Shown: positions 58,662 through 64,000 of the stretch, piece by piece
Layout: each line of letters opens with the position of its first letter
Position numbering within the stretch: the first letter of the stretch is position 1
Assembly (NCBI GenBank): GCA_964016885.1
Contig: OZ024745.1
Location: 105,462,001 to 105,526,000, forward strand
Reading direction: 5' to 3'
Length of the DNA stretch: 64,000 nt
Source: Eledone cirrhosa
Lineage: Eukaryota
Position numbers and translations under genes: made by a program
Notes under the pieces: generated by a model
The model's input: the letters and a program-made list of their open reading frames with translations, nothing else
Told to the model about the DNA's origin: nothing
Databases searched by the model: none

Positions 58662-61036
58662 AGCGTTAAAATGTGAGGAAAATGAGAAGGAAAGCATGTG
58701 AAAATATCTGTGTTTGTTTGTGTGTATGTGGAACGCTTAGCTAAACGTCACGAAACGGTTGAAAACATAGAGCTATCTTTATGGAATCTATCACGGTTTG
58801 ACGTTTACATCAAGAAGCGAATGTTATGTCTAATAATAACGAGGCTGATATGAAGGTAAGTTGCTACTAATAATATTAGAATTGGCTTCGTAACATATGA
58901 TATTAGCATGATTCTTGGTCATATACATAGATGAAGATTATTTGGTAGATGAACATAAACTGTACATAAATTATCAGAGTTGTTGTTAGCAACAGAGGCC
59001 AAATTTTATTTGGTTTGAGATAATTTCTATTATTTTGCTTTTCCACATTTTTTATATATGTACAACATTATTAAACGAATGTATTCATAGCGTGTCATGC
59101 AAATGTTTCACGATTCTGGCGGACAATTGGAGAATGTTTTACAATGGGGGCGGTAAGGGAAATGCACTAAGAGAGTCAGTCCATTTCGCGGGGCTTATTC
59201 ATGAAGTTGGCAATTTCTATTCCGATTGAAGAGTGTCGAAAAGCATATCCTGGATACGAGAAAACAGAAGTTTTCCCCGCTTTGGGTTTGGCGTGAAACA
59301 TATTAGAGTACATACTGTACTTTGGAAGCTTACGATCTTAAGCCTGTCGAATGACAAACCTGGGTCCGACGCCGATTTTAACTAGGATGCCGCATCCCAG
59401 ATTAAGCGCTTACGGCCTCGAAATGGGAAGTCTGTGGTGTCATCCGGCTTATTTACTGTCCCTTCGTTCTAGTCCCGTCGGTTTTTGGTTGCAATGAGAA
59501 ATTAGCTGCGTCACATTTTATGATAAATATAATCGAAACCTTAAATATACGCTCGCTTCTAATCACTTTATTTATATATATCTGCATGTGACTTTGTATG
59601 GATGCGTATGTGTATGTGCCTTAATATTAACTAAAATATTCATTTGTGTCTCGCATGTGTCCCTCTCATCTAAATTGCCAGCCATTGGACCCCATACTGC
59701 TGTATTCATATCTTGAATCAGAGATTTTATGGTTGCGGGTGCGCTTAAATGAGTGGAGTGTAACGACAGTATATTTCGGGTCGGGGTCGGTAAACGGAGC
59801 AAAGGTTTCCAATATAGCCGACGGATAAAATTTGTTCAAATAGTTGTTTCTCCTTCTTCTTCTCCTTCTTCTTCACCCACTTATTCCTGAAACCACTTCA
59901 TGCACCATCATAACTTATAGTGATTACCATAGCAGAGTCTGAGTTAAACATCACCCAGAAAAATCTCTTCACCCCATGATCGTCTACAAAGGGCCTGGGT
60001 ACAGATTTCCCGCCAAAGCCTAAACGATGACAGTATAAAATTCACATATATGTGTATATATGTAAGCATGTGTTAACGAAGGAACCTATACACCCTGCTT
60101 GTGAAATCAACCTACAAGTGGTTCAGCATTTCACAGACACGTGAAACATTAAAATACTTCTCAGTGAGATTCAGTGTGTGACAAGGACAGCCTTTTGAAT
60201 TTAAGGTGTAATTAATTTTTGCTAGTTAAGTGAACAGAAATCACGTGAAATAAAATATCTTGCTCAAGTACACGCCGCTGGACTGGGAATCGAAACCACA
60301 ACCTTACATTTGCAAGCCAAACGCCCTAACTACTAATCTGAGCCGCTTCACATATAACTATATATGATACATGTGACTTTACATATAAATAGACACACAA
60401 ACACAAACGCACGCATACACAAACACGTGTATCTGCATACTGAAACACACAGAGACACACAGACAAACATGAACGCATACACACGTACACACGCACACAT
60501 GCAAACACATGCGTATATTATTTCTAACTACTATCGTCATCAACCATGCTTAGAAGAGCTAAACTGAGGTTTTTTATAGTAAATATTGAATTACATTGTC
60601 ATGGCTTCCTTTATAATGTTGATATTTCAATTTTATCTCGTTCAACCTTTAGAATGTAAACTCTCAAATGATCGTTGTACAGAGCATTCAAAGTAGATAG
60701 TGTGTTTTACTACAAACTAAGGCACCAGTAGTTCAAATCCTGGAATCTCCATTGTGTTCTGTTTGAAACATTTAACCCTCAACAATGTTGTCCAACTTGC
60801 TGGTACACTTTACCGAATTTTCTACCGTGAAACTGGGTAGCGAGCCGTATCTCTTCCACCTTCAACACAAGGATGAAGCTGTAGGACAGTTGAGAGGTTG
60901 TCACTAAAGTGACTAAGAAGACCCATCTAGTTTTTTTTCGATATGAACCAAGACGAACGAACTTCATTTACTCGTTTTCCTGTACACACTGTTGAACGGC
61001 TGGTGGCTATCTCGAGTCCCCCCGCCCTTTGATGAC

Positions 61037-61227
61037 ATAATTGTTTCTACGTTAGGCACAAGGCCAGCAATTACCCAGTGCATTACTGGTACTTTATTTT
61101 ATCGACCCTGGAAGGATGAAAGGCAAAGTTAACCTTGGCGGGATTTGAACTCAGATCGTAAAGGGACGTAACTATGCTGGAAAGCATGGCGTCTGACCCT
61201 CTACTGATACTGCCAATCCACTGCCCT
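61037..61227 (-). mobile_element. MetaSINE-like SINE with TSD
   Basis: tttgatgacataat at 61028-61041 and 61227-61240. Confidence 0.9.
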
Positions 61228-61620
61228 TTGATGACATAATGAACAAATGTATGTACGTATATGTACATAGTTATTTATGTGTTTGTGCGTGAATATGTTT
61301 TAATGATTCTATCTTCTTAGTGTTTATTTAGTCATGGTGTGTATTTCTTAATAAATGAATTTTCTATATTAAATCGTGTTTGATCTGTAGGTTTGTATAA
61401 CAATAGTTAAAGTAGGAATTTGGAAGATCTGTTGTTACGTTTATGTCTAAATGTTCACACAGTGGAATCTATCTACAACTGGATCCTCAATATTAATAGA
61501 AATATCATGGCACAGAGTGACAGAAAGCATAGCATGGAGGTTAAATGCACTTGGTTACATATACGCACATACATTTTCATATCCACACACACACACACAC
61601 AAACACACCCGCACGCACGC

Positions 61621-63350
61621 CCCCTCTCTATATAAAATAACATTATATCTGCTACACGGAACTCTCTTCCAATATCAATTACCACCAAACTTCCCCTGCT
61701 CAATATCTATCATACAACACTCTCATTCCTTTTCACTCTATCTATCACTACAAAACTCTCCCTCTCTCTATATACATCAATACCTATCTCTATCAATTCT
61801 CTCACTGTATTTCCACCAAACTCTCCTCCTCTCCACATCAACCATACGACACTCTCTGCCAATCCACCCTTTAACATCAAACTCTCCGCCTCTCTATATC
61901 TACTACACCGACCTCTTTTTCAATACCCCTCTCTATATCAATTACCACCAAACTCTCTCCCTCTGTATATTTACTACACGGACCTCTCTTACAATAAATT
62001 TCTCTATATTAAGGAACACTAAACTCTCCCCATCTCTCTATTTACTACACGGTATTCTTTTCCAATCCCCCTCTCTATATCAATTAACACCAAACTCACC
62101 CCCTCTCTATATCTAATATACAACACACTCTCCCAACTCCCCTCTCTATATAAAATAACACTATATCTGCTACACGGTACACGGAACTCTCTTCCAATAT
62201 CAATTACCACCAAACTTCCCCTGCTCAATATCTATCATACAACACTCTCATTCCTTTTCACTCTATCTATCACTACAAAACTCTCCCTCTCTCTATATAC
62301 ATCAATACCTATCTCTATCAATTCTCTCACTGTATTTCCACCAAACTCTCCTCCTCTCCACATCAACCATACGACACTCTCTGCCAATCCACCCTTTAAC
62401 ATCAAACTCTCCCCCTCTCTATATCTACTACACCGACCTCTTTTTCAATACCCCTCTCTATATCAATTACCACCAAACTCTCTCCCTCTGTATATTTACT
62501 ACACGGACCTCTCTTACAATAAATTTCTCTATATTAAGGAACACTAAACTCTCTCCATCTCTCTATTTACTACACGGTATTCTTTTCCAATCCCCCTCTC
62601 TATATCAATTAACACCACACTCACCCCCTCTCTATATCTAATATACAACACACTCTCCCAACTCCGCTCTCTATATCAATTACCACCAGTCTCCCCCTCT
62701 CTATATCTACCATATGACACACTCTCTCTCTCCACCCATCTCATTCTATCCACCACCGGTCAACTCTCCTCCTCTCTATATCTAATATACAACATTCTCT
62801 CACAATGCCCCTCACTTAATGTATTATCACCAAACTCTCCCAATCTTTATATCTACATCTATCTCTCTCAATCTCCTACATCAGCACTACATTCTTCCAC
62901 TCTCTATATCCATTAACACCAATCCCCCCCCTCTCTCTGTCTATCACACAGAACTCTCTCATAAACCCCTCTTTATATCTACTATCACTAAACTCTCGCC
63001 CTCTCTCTATATATTTCTACCTATCTCTCCCAATCACCCTCACTTTATATATCACTAGTAAATTATCCTCCTCTCTATATCTATCAACACTTATCTCTCC
63101 CACCCCTCTATATCAGTCACCGCCAAACTCTCCTCCTCTCTATATCTACTAGACGACACTCTCTTATTATCCCCTCCCTTTATCTACAACCACAAAACCC
63201 TCCCTCTCTATATATCTAATATACAGTACGCTCTCTATATCAATCAATACTACATTTTCCCAATCTCCATGTCTACCACACGGCACTCTCTCCTAACACC
63301 CCTCCCTATATTAATTACCACTACACTCTCCAACTCTATATCTACCATAC
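61621..63350. repeat. Pyrimidine-rich diverged satellite with a 518-bp duplication
   Basis: cccctctctatataaaataac at 61621 and 62139; repeated ctctctatatc subunits. Confidence 0.88.
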
Positions 63351-63372
63351 AATATATACATATATATATACA

Positions 63373-64000
63373 CTAGCAGTGATACCCGGTGTTGCACGGA
63401 TAATGTATTTTGGAACGTGGGCCGCCAACAGACCTAATCGTGGAAAAACTGCATGCCTGGAAAATATGTAAAGAAAATAAACCGAATACACTCATGGCTG
63501 GATAATCTTTAAGATTTTCCTCGATGAAACAGGAAAAATGTAGGTTTTCACCTAATGCGAGCCCTAGGGGATCAAGAAAATGAATTTATTTTATGTGTAT
63601 AATATACCTTGAAATTTCGGGAAAAATCGGCTAGACGTAACGCCTAAAAAAACCCCTAAAAAGCTGAAAAAATGAAGTTTTTCACTTAATGCGGGTCCTA
63701 GGCCATAAAAAAGTTGGATTTTCTTTGCTCACGATATGAAGAAGAAACTGACTAATACATAGTTACAATTTCAAAGAAATCGGTCTGACGTAACGCCTCA
63801 AGAAACCCCTAAAAAGCTGAAAAACGCAGTTTTTCACCTAATGCGGACCCTAGGTTATCAAAATGTTGATATTTTTATGTGCATAACACTCCCTGAAACA
63901 TAAGTAATACACATGTAAAGTTTGAAGAAAATCGGTTGGGTACTTCTCGAGTTTTAGGGATTCAAACGCAGACACACACACACAAGCAGACATCCTCAGT
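63373..64000 (-). mobile_element. Helitron-like non-autonomous element (runs off the window)
   Basis: Hairpin plus CTAG|T at 63373; internal diverged repeats of about 155 bp. Confidence 0.6.

Overview
AT-rich eukaryotic DNA, probably intronic or intergenic, and most consistent with an octopod cephalopod (inferred from the SINE types and extreme microsatellite load). I see no host gene. Almost all ORFs in the supplied track are translations of (AT)n, (AC)n or (AG)n repeats. Real coding remnants are all mobile: a young 5'-truncated RTE LINE (25280-26707), a decayed R4/Dong-like RLE retrotransposon in (CATA)n (36250-40301), Penelope-like GIY-YIG fragments (20261-21060, 23420-24500, 51113-52190), an Ingi/Vingi-like LINE relic and a pogo-like relic. 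SINEs, Helitron-like elements and MITEs fill much of the rest. The main hidden signal is a set of about 15 well-formed and several degenerate type I hammerhead ribozyme motifs, from many sequence-unrelated short elements embedded in (TA)n. These elements are often built as an inverted arm plus a longer sense arm. Most share a covarying 3' hairpin (ACTC..GAGTRC), and the inverted arm stops just upstream of it. All folds and identities were read by eye.
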